From the NCBI GenBank assembly GCA_043228905.1, contig JBHGNT010000021.1:1426001-1490000 (forward strand): a DNA stretch of 64,000 bases, given 5' to 3'. The notes beneath the pieces were generated by a model, which did no database searches, was not told where the DNA came from, and saw only the letters and a list, made by a program, of their open reading frames with translations. This document shows, one piece after another, positions 13,227 through 27,116 of this stretch (its first letter is position 1; each line of letters begins with the position of its first letter). A program made the position numbers and the translations under genes. Source of the DNA: Azolla caroliniana. Lineage: Eukaryota; Plantae; Polypodiophyta.

Positions 13227-14450
13227 ATGGCTGCTTCAGCACCGATCGAGACCGTTTCGTCTTCTTCTTCTTCTTCTTCTTCATCATCATCATCGTCTGT
13301 TCCTGCTCCTCCTTCGTACCGTCTCGCAGGGATGAAGCACTCCATGGAAGATATACTATTCTGCATCGACGCTGACCGGCAGATCGATGCTGACATGAAA
13401 ATATCAGGTGCGAGAGGGCAATGTATCTCTCGTCTCGATGCCATCAAGCAGTCCATCTTCCTCTTCGTCTCGTCCAAGCTCTCCATGAATCCCCGCCATC
13501 GTTTTGCTTTCTCTTCACTCTCTACCACAACGTCTCTTTCTGTAAGTTCCCTTTATTTATCTTTTATTTTCAGTATAGAAAGACCTTCTTCTGAAAAATT
13601 CAACAAGAGGAGAATTTTTCTCGAAGAATTTTTCTATTCTGCAAGAGAACTATGAATTTTGTATTTTAATAGTGATACTGAAAACAAGCAATGGACACAA
13701 TCAAAAACCTGTTGGGAGAAATGTTGAATGGAACCTCTTGAGAGTAGAAAAATCTGTTGAGTAGAAATATGTGATTGAGAGTAGAAAAATCTTGAAGTAT
13801 AGAAAAGTTCTCCTCTTGTGTATCCTTCTTTGACTCATCTCATGCTCAAGAATGGATGGATATAGATTGGTCAAATGAATGATAGTGGCTACTCAAGGAT
13901 ATAATTCCAAATGCACAATCACATCTGCAACACAAGTATATGTAGAGACAATCGTGATAGAACTTGTCCAGTTCTCAAGAAAACTCTCACACTATGCCTA
14001 TGGAACACACAAAAGCATGACAAGGTCCTGTAGATCATAACTTGGAGCATATATGAATTTTGCATTGCAATTGTCTCCTCATTATCTTGACTCTCCCAAG
14101 TTCTCATGCACAGCATGTTAGTAGCCTCCATCACTATCTCTACTAGGAAAATAAATAGAATCCAAAGGACAAAGGCACTGGTAGAGGCAGCAACTGTGGA
14201 AGGATATTATATAATTTTTTCCATACAAATCCCATGCATCTGAGGAGTCGAGGGGTGGTCATGGGAGAATGTGTGTCCTCATGAGTTCCTATTCTTCCTT
14301 AGAATCCCCCATGTGATGAACATTCTGTAGGTGTGTAGTTTTTAACTGAGCTAAGGCCATTTCTTTCATTACACAGAGGGCAATGTTTGTCAGTTAAAGC
14401 ACCCTACCCCCCTCTGATGAAAAGGGAAAAAAGGAAAGGACAATTCTATT

Positions 14451-14493
<43 letters not shown>

Positions 14494-15062
14494 GATATAG
14501 GAAATTTGACTCTATACACTTTTGACTGGTGAGAGAAATGAGAGCTAACAAGACATTGGTGAGAGAATGAAATTTTTTTATTTCTACTAAACAAATAAAT
14601 TGTAGGAGACATTGTCAAAACCCAGTGCATAACCGTTTACCGGTATGGATTTCAGGCCTCAGCTACATGAAAGGAAAGTAGTCATTTTTCACAAGGTTGC
14701 AAGTGAGAAAGAAATAGATAGCTATTTTAGAATATCATGTGATTAAAAAAGTGCCATTAAAAAAAAATGCTAAATGAAGTTTTAAACAAAGTCACAATCT
14801 ATTGCATAAACAGTGCTCAACAAATTAAGATGCACAAAATAAATATTTTGGAATTTCTACTCAAAAGAGGCCTTAAATGACAGTTGCAACAAAATTTCAC
14901 CAGTGACATGGAAGTGATTAGCAATACGGTGCACAATCTCACCTCGAGTGGGAAATTCCCAGAGTGTGATCTGTCCTCATTATTTCATCTGGCAGCGTTG
15001 GAAGCTAGGAAATCACAAGCACAAGGTCGAGTCTTCAGAGTGGCAAGTCCTTGACTTTAACA

Positions 15063-15097
<35 letters not shown>

Positions 15098-16107
15098 ATT
15101 ACATTTGTTTATTTATTAACATTTCATGGAAGTTTATTCAGTAGAGGGTTTTGTTTCACAGTGGTATTTATTAGGAAAATCATTGCAAACCTGATATATT
15201 ACTATTTGAGAAATTCCCAAAACACTGACCTACTTTTCAACAATTAATGAATTGCCATTGCGGCTAAACAGTATTTCTGTATTGTTCTTGAGCAGGGAGC
15301 TGATTTGGAGGATAAATAGAAAATAGACTAACTCAGGTTCAATTAATCATTAATAACCACCAAGTCATGATTAATGATTAGTTTAGATTTTATTTTGGCC
15401 ATTTGTGGTTTGCGGCTGCTTAGTGGGCATGGTTAGCTCTTGACTGGATGGGGTGATATGCATTTGGTTGGGAGTAATTGGGGCATATTGAGATTGTTTG
15501 ATGCTTGATTGGAGGTGAATATCTATTTCCAGTCTGTCAGTTTCAATGGCATTTTGGTTATTTTTAAAATTGTGTGGTGCTTTGGGAAAATATCTGCAAA
15601 TAGTAATGTTATGCCCTTCAACATCTCTATGTTTTAACATTCCATGTGTAAAATTCTGAACTTAAAAAGGTTTTTTTCTCTGCATTGTATTTTAACATTT
15701 TATGTCAATGTTGTTTGGTTGGGCAGATATTAATTTATTGCCGATCAGAAGTAGTGCCGACATTTCCGGATGAATGGCCAACCGGTCAGTACCCATTTGT
15801 ACTGGATTCTCTTTATCTTCATGATAAGCCCACTGACATGAATTGCCCACAGAGAGTATTTGATACTTTAGTTGAGGCATCAGACAAAGTGAACATGGGT
15901 GAAGGCTATATATATGAAAATGGTTCTGGACTCACGCGTGTTCTATTCCGACAAATTTGTTGTTTATTAGTGCATCCTCAGCAACGATGTGGACAAGATG
16001 ATTTCAAAGTGCCCAAGGATATCTCTAAGATGACAATTACATTAGATGGAAGCACTAATCAATCACCTATTATCAAGAATCCAGAGGAATTTGGTCTTGT
16101 CTCGTAG
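13227..16107 (+). CDS. BABAM1: BRISC/BRCA1-A complex member 1 (MERIT40/NBA1)-like vWA protein; exons 13227-13541, 14884-15042, 15727-16107
   Basis: EDILFCID...RLDAIKQSIFLFVSSKLSMNPRHRFAF, then DLSSLFHLAALEARKSQAQGRVFRV|ILIYCRS, then DSLYLHDKP...CPQRVFDTL...LLVHPQQR, matching the remembered plant BABAM1 pattern. All junctions are phase 0. Confidence 0.85.
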
Positions 16108-16815
16108 TGTAATTGTTTTTCTACTGCTATTATCATATGCTCGAGCAATTTGTGGAAAAAATATGGAGATGATTGCCTCGAATATAAATCGTTAATATTA
16201 ATCCCCTAAAACAAAGTTGGTAAGAGGATGGATATACCAATCAATAGAGCAACATTACTTTTGATTTGTCTGTAAATAAGCATTATCTTGAAGCATAATA
16301 TATGGAATGCAGATAGATGTATGGTGTGTTTGAGATAATGCTTAGATTGATCATGTCTCACAGGCGATGATAAATACTATTATAACATTACACATTTTGT
16401 TGTTGTGTTGAAAGCTCCATCATGAATGAATGTATGCAATGGAAAAATCTCTTCATTTCAATGGAGTCTGGCTCCTCTCCTTCTTTTGCTATTGGCCCCT
16501 CATTATTTTGATTATCATGTCCTTACATCTTCATTCAAGATATTGGCTGATATATAGCCTATATTATGAAAAGATTATAGATTTGGTCTTGCATCATCAA
16601 TATGTAACATTATTGTAAGATTGAAGAAATATATTGAGTGTGGGTACGTCGCATTGGTTGTTTGAGATTTCATTTTGTATCTTTGCCCGTGGATCATGAT
16701 ATTGTTGGTGAATTGGTATAACCGTTACACAAGGAGGCTGCAAACCCTTGTTTTTATATGGGTTCAAACATTCTTTGCCCTTGGATTGGTACAACATTCA
16801 CATCACGATGCTGCA

Positions 16816-17244
16816 ATACCTTGATTATATTTGTGAATACTAACGGCTAATGCATCAGTGACCCATACAACCCATGAGAATTATTGTATCAAGATTTGGC
16901 AAGGAGACAAATGGCCATCACATATATGTTTGCCTTTAATATAATGGCTAGTGTATTAGTGACCCATACCTTGATTATATTTGTGAATACTAATGGCTAG
17001 TGCATCAGTGACCCATACAACCCATGAGAATTATTGTATCAAGATTTGGCAAGGAGACAAATGGCCATCACATATATGTTTGCCTTTAATATAATGGCTA
17101 GTGCATCAGTGACCCATACCTTGATTTTATTTGTGAATACTAATGGCTAGTGCATCAGTGACCCATACAACCCATGAGAATTATTGTATCAAGATTTGGC
17201 AAGGAGACAAATGACCATCACATATATGTTTGCCTTTAATATAA
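16816..17244. repeat. 150-bp tandem repeat, ~2.9 copies
   Basis: TTGATT(A/T)TATTTGTGAATAC recurs at 16821, 16971 and 17121, near-identical. Confidence 0.95.
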
Positions 17245-18199
17245 TTTTCTAGCATTAAATTGTCATGTATTTGGAAGAGTGCTTGATCTCATAATCTTCA
17301 ATCTAACATTGAATCACGTTGACTTTTATCTAATACGATGCATGCCTTTAATATGAGTTTGTTAAACATGTATTCTATCTCATTCATTTTTCCACCATAT
17401 GGTATGAGCTTATGTGTGCCTTAGAGGAATTGGTTAAATGCTTTAGTTGGTTACACATGGCAAAGAATAAGAAGGCATATCTCTCCATCTAGTGTTGTGA
17501 TTCTTATCAAGCATGTAAATGTCAAAGAACCTAGATATCCAATTACCAAAGTGTTTAAAAAGAGAACTTAAAGACATGAGGACGATATGTGAGCATGTGC
17601 ACACTGAAAATACTCAAAAAACTTGAGAATCTATATACAAAATGCATAAATGCGCTTAGAAAATACTTAAATACTTGCCATATACCAAGAGGATGAATTA
17701 TAGGAGAAAACAACCTAGATATTCATAAGTCCTAATCTTCTCATATACTTTGGTGCATTAAACACATGTTGTACTTGTCACCATGAACACGATCACAAAC
17801 TTAATTAGCACACTTACAAACACAATGATAATCAAAATACAAATATATACTAGTAAGAACACTTTGTTACTTTCTCTCTTTTTTCGTCGTATGTGCCTCT
17901 CATCTTCCTACCATCCAATGCACCAACTTGTAGATCATTAAATGAAGTGTTGTTGGGGCACATGTGATATGATGGTGCTCTAGTGTTCCTAGTAAGTCAC
18001 CTATGTGCACATTGCGTCAAAGCACCCATGCACTTGATTGATCAAGCTTGGACCACAATGGGCATGTGATGAGTGGGTGATGGAAGAAAAGCGTGAGTGT
18101 GCACACACATAGATATTTGCCATTGAAAACAAATGTTGCACCTTGGGTGGATTGGTAGTTACAAGATGGTGCATGCTTGTTATAATTCTCTATAGATAT

Positions 18200-18760
18200 A
18201 TTGTATCATCATGCAATGACATCATTATCTTGGCTATCTCCTAAAGTAGAAACGGTTTGGAATGTATGTATGTAGAATGCAAGGTGGTGGCAAATATTGC
18301 AATGTAGTTGGCATTCCCATTTGCCATTTTGTGAAAAACTATTCATATGGAGAGTCATGATTGGTGGGATCCCGTTAGGTTCAACTTTAAAGAGATGAGG
18401 AGTAGGGTCAAGTACATGCTTCTTTTGCACCATTTCGTTGGACGATAGTACACAGGTTCATTAAATGTCCTATAGCGTGTATCAATTGGAAGTACTTATA
18501 AGACACTTGGCAAGTTTTAACTCGTTGTTATTTGAGGCCTCAACAATGGGATTTTTCTCAATATGTTCAAAATGGTCCAAATGGCAGACTAGAGATATTG
18601 TTCCAATTTTTACGATATTAGGGATTGCAACACAATTGGATATATGTGTAATGCTTTCATGTTTGATAGTAGACATGGGGTGAAAGCCTATATGAAGAAG
18701 TTGAGAAGTATTCTTTACGTGGAAATTATGGATGTTAGAGCATGTGGGGATCATTTTCTC
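18200..18760 (-). mobile_element. Decayed hAT-like transposase remnant
   Basis: KWECQLHCNICHHLAFYI resembles the hAT motif RWxxQLHxxLHAAxxYLNP; fragmented frames. Confidence 0.35.
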
Positions 18761-19081
18761 AAGTGCGTATTCAAGTTTTCTAGTGGCATTAAAGGACGTC
18801 CTTCTCCCTACATAGGATAGATAGGTAGAGGAAACTAAGAAGTGTTGTAACCGTGGATTTTACATACAATTAATATATATTGTTTGCTTTTATATTGAGA
18901 GAGAGAGAGAGAAGAAATGTTGTCCAATGTAGTTGAGTTGGTAAGGTTGTCCAATGTAGACCAAGAGGTTGTGAGTTCAACCCCTACATTCTACAGTGAC
19001 ATCTAGTGAATTAAGAGACATTATTTGAAGTAATAGAGAAGTGAAGAAATTGGGTTTCGAACCCAAGACGTAGTGCTAGTA

Positions 19082-19396
19082 ATGTGACAACTTAAAATTT
19101 AGGGTAAACAAATTACAACAAAAAACCCAGAGTAAAAGATAATAGTGATTCCGGAAAAATCTACGGAGGAATAGATCTCCATATATTTCCGAGAAAATGT
19201 ATGGAGGGGTAGATCCTGTAATTTTCCATCTGATTTATGTGACAACTTAACATTAGGGTAAACAAATTACACAAAAAAAAAACCAGAGAAAAAGATAATA
19301 GTGAATCCGGATGGAAAAATCTATGGAGGAATAGATCTCCATATATTTCCGAGGAAATGTATGGAGGGGTAGATCCTGTAATTTTCCATCTGATTT
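19082..19396. repeat. Tandem duplication of ~155 bp upstream of the GNAT gene
   Basis: ATGTGACAACTTAA...GATCCTGTAATTTTCCATCTGATTT occurs twice. Confidence 0.9.
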
Positions 19397-19568
19397 GTTT
19401 TGTTTGTTTCTGTATAATTCCAGATAGCCTTGTTCCGTGGGAGGCACTCCCTGCCTCCCCCATCTCTGTCTCTCCATCGATCGGCCGACCAATCGATCGA
19501 TCGATCCTCTTTTGATCAGACCGCCATTGCCTAAGCAGATGAATGGGCTATGGACGTTCTCCATCAGG

Positions 19569-19616
<48 letters not shown>

Positions 19617-19784
19617 TGTGCTTATTTAGGGTTTCTTTATGAATCGATATTCTGCATTGCATCTACCTCAGCATTTAGATCTATATTTCTATATCTAGAT
19701 TTCGCTGGACAGAAACACGAGGTTGGACAGTGAATGTTGCTTTCCCATTGGGATTCTGAATAGAAGCTGGAGAGGAATGGTGCA

Positions 19785-19985
19785 TAGATGTGGTGATTGA
19801 TATGGTCAAAATGTGATGGTTAGATGTGGTGGGTACACATATTCTAATCGTGATGGATATATGTGGTTACAATGTGGTGGATAGATCTGGTCACAATGTA
19901 CGTGGTCAACATCTGATGATAGATGTGGTTCAAATGCGATGGATATATGTGGTCAAAATGTGATGGTTATTTGCTGTCAAAATAT
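19785..19985. repeat. Degenerate ~20-bp minisatellite (ATAGATGTGGTCAAAATGTG-like)
   Basis: Repeated GATGTGGT motif; lies in the probable 5'UTR intron. Confidence 0.65.
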
Positions 19986-21091
19986 GGAAGGATTCTCTAT
20001 ATATCAGGTACACAGCCCTACATTTTACATAGACTTCAGTCTATACTTATCGTGAAAGAAACGATAATATTTTTAGGATATGGGAGATCATATTGCAAAT
20101 GATTTCATTCGGAAGTATGCAATACAGTTATATACACTGCATGTTCCAATTGATAATCTACAGATCTATGGTGATTTAATATAAAGTCACTGAGAAGCAA
20201 TTTCCACCTTTGAAGCACTCTGTCTCAGACTGCAGAGCCATTCAGTTCTCATTGGGGTTGAGGTGAAACATTGACCAAAATGTATATATTATATGTATAA
20301 CATACACACATACAAGCACAATGCTGGCGATCTGGATTAAGAAGTGAGGAATAAGGAAGATTTAGGATGGAGAAAACATTAGGGATTTAAGAATAAGAAG
20401 AACAAGAACAGTTGAAAGAGAAACAAAAAGAGGCTCGGGGAGGTTTAAGGAGGGCGAGAAGCAAGAGGGGAATGTGAATGGCAGGATGAGCAACATCAAC
20501 ATGAAGAGATGGAACTAAAAGAGGAATAGGCGATGTAGCAACAGGATGAAGGATATTTAGGAAGGATAAGCAGAAGGAATGAAGAGGGACGGAGAAGAAG
20601 AAATAATAGTGTGAGCATGAAGGACCAAACAACGGACAATAGTAAGAAGAGGCTGAGAGTCAAGTTTTGGGGAAAGCTCAATAAATCCTGATTGTGTTCC
20701 TTGGTGACACACATAGCTCACTTGTCATTCCTCATACTATTATATCCCTTGTAAGGATTAACTTTTGCACATTATCGTCATCATTATTTATGTCCATGAT
20801 TTCTATCAAAACTGTTTTGTGTTCTGAAGTGACTCAATATGTGAAAGAATAACTTTGATACCAATTGCACAACTTATTGCAGTAACTTTAGATTATAAGG
20901 CTTGATATATGATACAAGGTAGGGTTGTCACTTTGCTGGAGTCACTGGATCACAAGACTCAAGACTTCATCACAAGATAAGAACTAAATAAAAAATGTTG
21001 CAAGAAAAGCAGTTAGAGAAAGTTTGAACAAGTTTTTATTACATTTCAAGCCTATGAAGTATGCAAAATTTCAAGCATTTCATGTTTCAGG

Positions 21092-23945
21092 ATGGCGAAA
21101 AGCACAGTTAAAGGCGATGTTGGTTTAATAATCTTATTCCAACCGCATTTGGATCTGATTTTATACTATATGTGTCATTTTCTGACATTTTAGCAGTTGA
21201 AGCCTATTGTTTCTTGTGGCTATTGCAGCTGTTTTCCCTTTCAAAGAAAAGATGAATGTACTTTACTTGTTGAACCATCATGTTATTTGAAAAATTGCAA
21301 GATTTTGGGAACAATTTGAAGTTAACCTTGTAAGAAAATGGTCACTTTCTAGATTGTCAAATGACTTTATGGCAGTGTTTATGATGGCAGGGTCATGACT
21401 TGAAAACTGATTATAAGCAGCCACATAGTGGTAGACTTGGGGCTTCTCATACACTCAGCTTTCAGGAAGCCTCGGTAGGCACTACATACAGCTCATCTTC
21501 TGTTGCGTCTTCTTTCCCAACACATTCTCCTGTCATCAAGTACCGAGAAATTCAGCCCCAGGACTTGGATGTACTAAAGGAGCTCCATCAAGAACTTTTT
21601 CCAGTGAGGTGAGTTTATTTTCTGTTTTTTGTTAGATTGTAACCACCTGGTTGAAGTGTTTTTTAATGGCTAAGGGAGATATGTACATGCCTGTCCAGAT
21701 ACGAAGATGATTTCTTTTCGAATGTAGTACATCGCCATGGTATCCAGTCATGGGCTGCAGTTGATATTAGTCGAAGTGGTCTTCATGATGGTGACGAAAT
21801 AGTTGGTTTTGCCACAGCAAGGGTGGTTTCAATGACAGAGATTGATGTAAGATTCATATGTTGGAGTTGATCGTTAAATTCAAATTTATGTCAATTTATC
21901 AAGTCTGATAGCTTTTTATTATTATCTCAGACCACTGGCATGATGGGTTATGAATTTTCAAAAACAGATAAACACCTTGTATATATTTTAACCCTTGGTG
22001 TAATCAAATCTTATAGGAGACTGGGCATAGGTACATGATATATCCTCCTGTCTCTGTCAGATATTCAATTCTTCCAATCTGTTGATAATCTTGCTTTATA
22101 TATATTTTTTGTTGCAGCATCATCACTGATACAGAAGGTTTTGAAGTATGCATCTGACAAGCCAAGTTGCAGAGCTGTTTACTTGCATGTTATCTCATAC
22201 AATTCTGGTGCAATTGATTTCTATGAGAATAACTCCTTCCAATGTCTGCAGAGATTGCAGAACTTTTATCATATAAATGGTCACCAATATGATGCTTACC
22301 TTTACATATATTATGTGAATGGCGGTAGATCGCCGTGTCTAGCACTGTAAGTATATCCACTATTTTTTGAATTTCAAATGCATATAGTATCTCATGATAG
22401 GTAGTGCATATGTATAGTTCCAGCATATTTTCTATTTGATACGTAAACTACTGTGGCTTCTTAGAAATGAAACGTTAGAACAAGAAGATGGAATAAGAAC
22501 CAATATGTTCTATGATCATCTAATAACTGAACCTGCTTTATTCAATTCTGTCACAACTTTGCTGCTAGAGAACTACCAAAACAATCTCCATGCTCTAAGC
22601 TAGTAGATAGGTAGATATCTAACATCCACAGAGATTGATTTGTGATCCATCGGATGGGGCCGAGCCCATGGTGACAATTCTCTCAATTTTATGAATCCAA
22701 TGCTATTTGAATTCTCTCAAGTAGCGGTGTAAAGGGTGAAATCTTTTCTGCTGGTTATCTATTTTCAAATAACTGCTAGGTGCTGTTGAATTGAAATGAC
22801 GTGTTATATTTGAATCTTTAAAGGGCCAAAGTGGTTCATAAAACCAAAAATTACATCTGTGTATACCATGTCTGGTAAATTAAGGCGGATGTAAAATTGT
22901 ATGTAGCTGTTCCTATGTACTTTCAAGGCTGTTCAAAATGCAATCATTTAGGAACACGGGTTGCAAGTTTTGCCATATTATATGCCACATGGGCATAGGC
23001 GCACTATGCTTGGATGAGCCTATAATCTCTCCTATGATGCTCTCCATTTTGATGATCCATTGTGATTCATTCCTATTCGTACAAGTTTCGTTTTTGTGTT
23101 TATAGCAACGGTCTCTTTTCATGTGTTTTTTAAACAGTTACACTAATCATGTGTGGTTAGAGCTGGTGCTGATGCAAAAAATTGAACAGTTTTTTTTTCA
23201 TGTGTAACAGTTTCTTGTTTTGTTCACTAATTACAGGGGGCTGGGATTGGTACTGATGCTAAAAAATGAATAATCAAGATACAATTTAAATTTAGTATGT
23301 AGAATTTAGAGCAGCAAAAACCCCTGCTTTGCCTTTATAATGTGAGAGTTAGTTGGTAAGGTACTGTAATTATGGTATCAATCAATCTCTCAGAAAATCC
23401 CTCACCTTAATGCATAGGTCTATTGAATGTGAAGATTAAAAGCTAGAGCTCCGCAATCATATCTATAATTGTGGAGATATATAATTTTCTCCCAATAGAA
23501 GTAGGCACTGACAGACCTTGTAGTGGTGTCTGATGTGTTATTGAAATAAGTTGCATGTTGATCATATCTATTTGGGAAGTTGATGGATGGAATTTTGAAA
23601 TGGAGATTGTTCTGTTATAAGGTATTATGTCTTTCTTGAATTATTGTGAGAGAATAACTGGTGGGTGCTTATCTCTTTCCAACTGGTCTGATCTTATCTG
23701 TAAGGTGTCTATGAAGTGTGAGAAAAGCTGTTAATAGCAGCAGCGGAACAATTGTTAGAACAAAATAGACACAGCCAAGCTGTGAGAAGGCTGTTAGACA
23801 GGTATGGTTGCAAAGAGTAGAGACAGCCAAAGAATAGAGCTTGTTTTGTAAGTAGCAGCAAAAGTAAAAGTCTTTACAAAAGAGGCTGGTATAGCCTATT
23901 TATACAAAATTGGGGAAAGTGGGTGAAATGGTTGTTTGGTAGTTA

Positions 23946-23976
<31 letters not shown>

Positions 23977-24790
23977 AAGAAAGATATATTAACGTCTTTT
24001 AAGAGGCCAAAATGGCCTATAAGACCAAATAAGAGATTACATCTTAAGTGTTGTCTCGTCTTTGCGAACAAATCAAAATAAAATAAATATTACATAGTAA
24101 ATATAAAAGTAAATAACATGAAAAGAAAATTAATGAGGGAATCTGGTGTTTGGCACATGTGAGATCCTCAAGTTAGGTATATTGAGCTTTTGTCTTCGAA
24201 AGATCTCTAGCATAGGTCGATCCAGAATGGAAATGTCTCCGAAGCGAGGGAAGCACCTACGATGGCGGGAGATAATGGCTTTTAGAGAGAGAGAGGCAGG
24301 GAGGAGCTGAGATAGATAGAGATCTTTTTGACGTCCACGAGAGACAAATTGAAATCTATGACATGGGACCTTGTCAAAAGTTAAACAGATGTAGCTTAGT
24401 TGGTAGAATTGTCTGGTGGAAACTAGGTCTACATTCATGCCTACATTCTACTGGTGTTTCAGTAAATAAAAACCTGGCTGACAACTAAAGTATAATGCTC
24501 CTGTAAAAGAAAAATGAAAGTAAAACCTTTGAATAAGTTACATTATTGGTTTGATCTGTTTAGGTTTCATGGAGAGAGAGATGAGAAAATATTTTATATC
24601 ATTATTTGATCCTTAGATTTTTTTTCTGAAAAATTTCAGTGACTTCTTCATATCAATAAGTGGTCTTCTCCGATCATTCTTTACATCGTTGACTTCACAG
24701 TTTTGGAGAAGAGGAGGCAAGAAGATACCCAAATGGCCAAAGTACAAGGAATCAGGTGGCCTTTATGATAGCACTGTGTTGTGTGTGTAG
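21092..24790 (+). CDS. NAA60: GNAT N-acetyltransferase, NAA60/MCC1-like; exons approx. 21092-21118, 21391-21608, 21699-21846, 21931-22030, 22118-22346, 24640-24790
   Basis: YREIQPQDL..LKELHQELFPVRYEDDFF, YILTLGVIKSYRRLGIASSLI (acetyl-CoA motif), AVYLHVISYN, YINGHQYDAYLYIYYVNGGRSPC. The last exon encodes DFFISISGLLRSFFTSLTSQFWRRGGKK...LCV*. The first mini-exon is tentative. Confidence 0.85.
23946..24440 (-). mobile_element. 5'-truncated LINE (RTE-like) 3' end with (TTTC)n/(TC)n tail
   Basis: The 3' end ...GACGTTAATATATCTTTCTTTCTTTC(TC)n is shared with 2455-2520, 12690-12873 and 63085-63145, and is preceded by a 102-aa open frame. Clade assignment is inference. Confidence 0.55.
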
Positions 24791-27116
24791 GAAGTTTAAA
24801 CCATGAAGTGATCATCTTTTTAGCGATGCATAACCTAAACCTTACTCCCCAGTTACTAAACTCTAAGCTTGTACTTGATATATTCACTTCTATTTCTTTG
24901 TGAATAGTAGGCACTTGTTTCGAGATGTTTTTCTTCGAGATTATCAATGATATTTAATATGTTCTCAGAACCATCTGTTGGCTTCATATTTTTATCTCTA
25001 GTAATCCGGAAATTTGATTTAATTAATGGAGATTAATTGGATAAGAGAAAATTAGGAACCCTGTAATGATGCCATGTAGAATTTGGATTTTTTTTCAACC
25101 ATAATGACATTATTTGGGCAGTTTCTACAGACTATTGGTAATTTGTCACACATCGTACACAAAAACATTGTATCAATTAGTTTCCATATCGCTTGGGATG
25201 TCAGAGCATTGTAATGATAAATTAAATTTATTTTCAGCATACTGTTTGGAGAAAAAATTCAGACGGATACTTTTAAAATGCTGAATTGGGAAAAAAATAC
25301 AAGTTTTGGTCACCGAGGTCACCAGGTTGGTGAAAATTTTGTGAAGATGGGTTGCATTAGGGAGCTTCTTTTATGTCATCATTACTTTTGGAAAAGAAGC
25401 ATGGAAGGAGAGCTCAACCATGACGTGCAGCTCCACCATCTAGTCAAGACTAATTATTGGAATTTCCCTAAGCCTTTTTATCTTATAGCTATTGGTACGC
25501 ACGCATGTACACAAGTCTCATTTGATGCTTCCTCCTATCAATACCCATCAGGTGCAACGGAACCAGTTATGTGCAAACGGTAGTTCATGAAGATAGCTCC
25601 TTACACCATTCACGTATGTTTATCCAGCACTGATGAGCTAACCTTAGTTAATGAACTCTTTATGCCATCCAATTACTTGTTTGCACAGTGGGGTTTCATT
25701 AAGGTTTTATCGCAGTATCTTGTTAACTTCATCCAACCAATGGGGATTATGTAGGTGTTTGACCAGTATGCAACCTAATGACGTCTTTGATAACATTGAC
25801 AGGAGCAACTTCATAAGAGTAGTCTTTACTAAAGCTATAAACGACATAAACCAAGCAATAAACTTGATGACTAATGAGCAAAGCTCATCAATTGCATTGC
25901 CAGCGAAATACTTCTTTAGAAGATCCAAAATGTGTTCTTACAAAGCCACCTTGAGGTCAATTAACTAACATTATATATAGTGTTCTTAGAAATAATTCCG
26001 TAAATAGATTGATTTGATGCACAAATTGGATACAATACCATAGCTGTAAAATCTGTTTTTCTAGTTGCTACATAGCACGTGCAAATCAACATTGGAATGT
26101 GGAAACTCTTTGACCTTCCACGAAGGCTACATTGATAAGAGACATAAAACTCATATTCATGATGCACTCGAAACAAAAGGGGATGACATTGTGGAATTAA
26201 GGGCCATTGAAAACGAAATGCTTAGTGTAGTCACAATCTTGCTATAGAGAATGAGATTGTACGAAGTGGGGCAAAAAAGTCATCCAAAATCGTTTCCCAC
26301 TTTCGATCAACACATAGACACAGAATCATGTGGCACCCTTGCAACACTTTTTAGATCATATATTATCTGTTACCAAAGTACATGGCTGTGGAGGATAACC
26401 ATTGACATTGTGATATGATAGGTACAAGATGGTGTTCAGAGTTGTACACTAACTGAATATAGTTTAAAACAATGCGATCATACACATTCCAAATTCTCCA
26501 AAAGGAGTTTGAGAATGTTAAATTAAATAGAACACAGGCAATTACCAGAAGATTGCTGAGTCTGAGATCAAGTTACATAACCCAGATATGTAGCATCAAG
26601 TAAACATGATTGCAATAACAAATCACCTCATTATAGATATGAAAATGATAAGAATTGATCGCATGGCACAAGGCAGACAACAGTGAACGGAGAAAATAAT
26701 TAAACTACACTATTGTCCCAAAAATATGGTAAAAATGTCTGACTACTCAGTGTGTACATTAGTGCAATATATGTATATTACACACAAGATTCTTCACAAA
26801 TGAGATGACTTTTTGTTAAGATGATACTGTTTGAGAAGTCATCAGCAATGAATGACTCAAGGTCATGTGATATGGAATCAACAGTCACCAAAACATGCTA
26901 CAAATATTTGTGACACCACATTCAATGATGTGGATGATCATTCACCATCAATAAAAAATAGCTCAGCATATATATGACAAACAAGCTCTTGGTCTTTGTG
27001 TCCTTGTGATAGTGGTTGATTGATGGCTATTTGCCTGGATGACCCTCATTCATAGTTGCTCAAACATTACTTTGACAACAAACTATGTGTTTTTGCCTCC
27101 AAAGTTTCCACTAGTA

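Noticed and set aside
13019-13528. 169-aa minus-strand ORF
   Set aside because: Antisense shadow of BABAM1 exon 1.
25330-26400. Organellar insertion with U-to-C-editable stops
   Set aside because: Reading through the stops gave no recognisable organellar protein.
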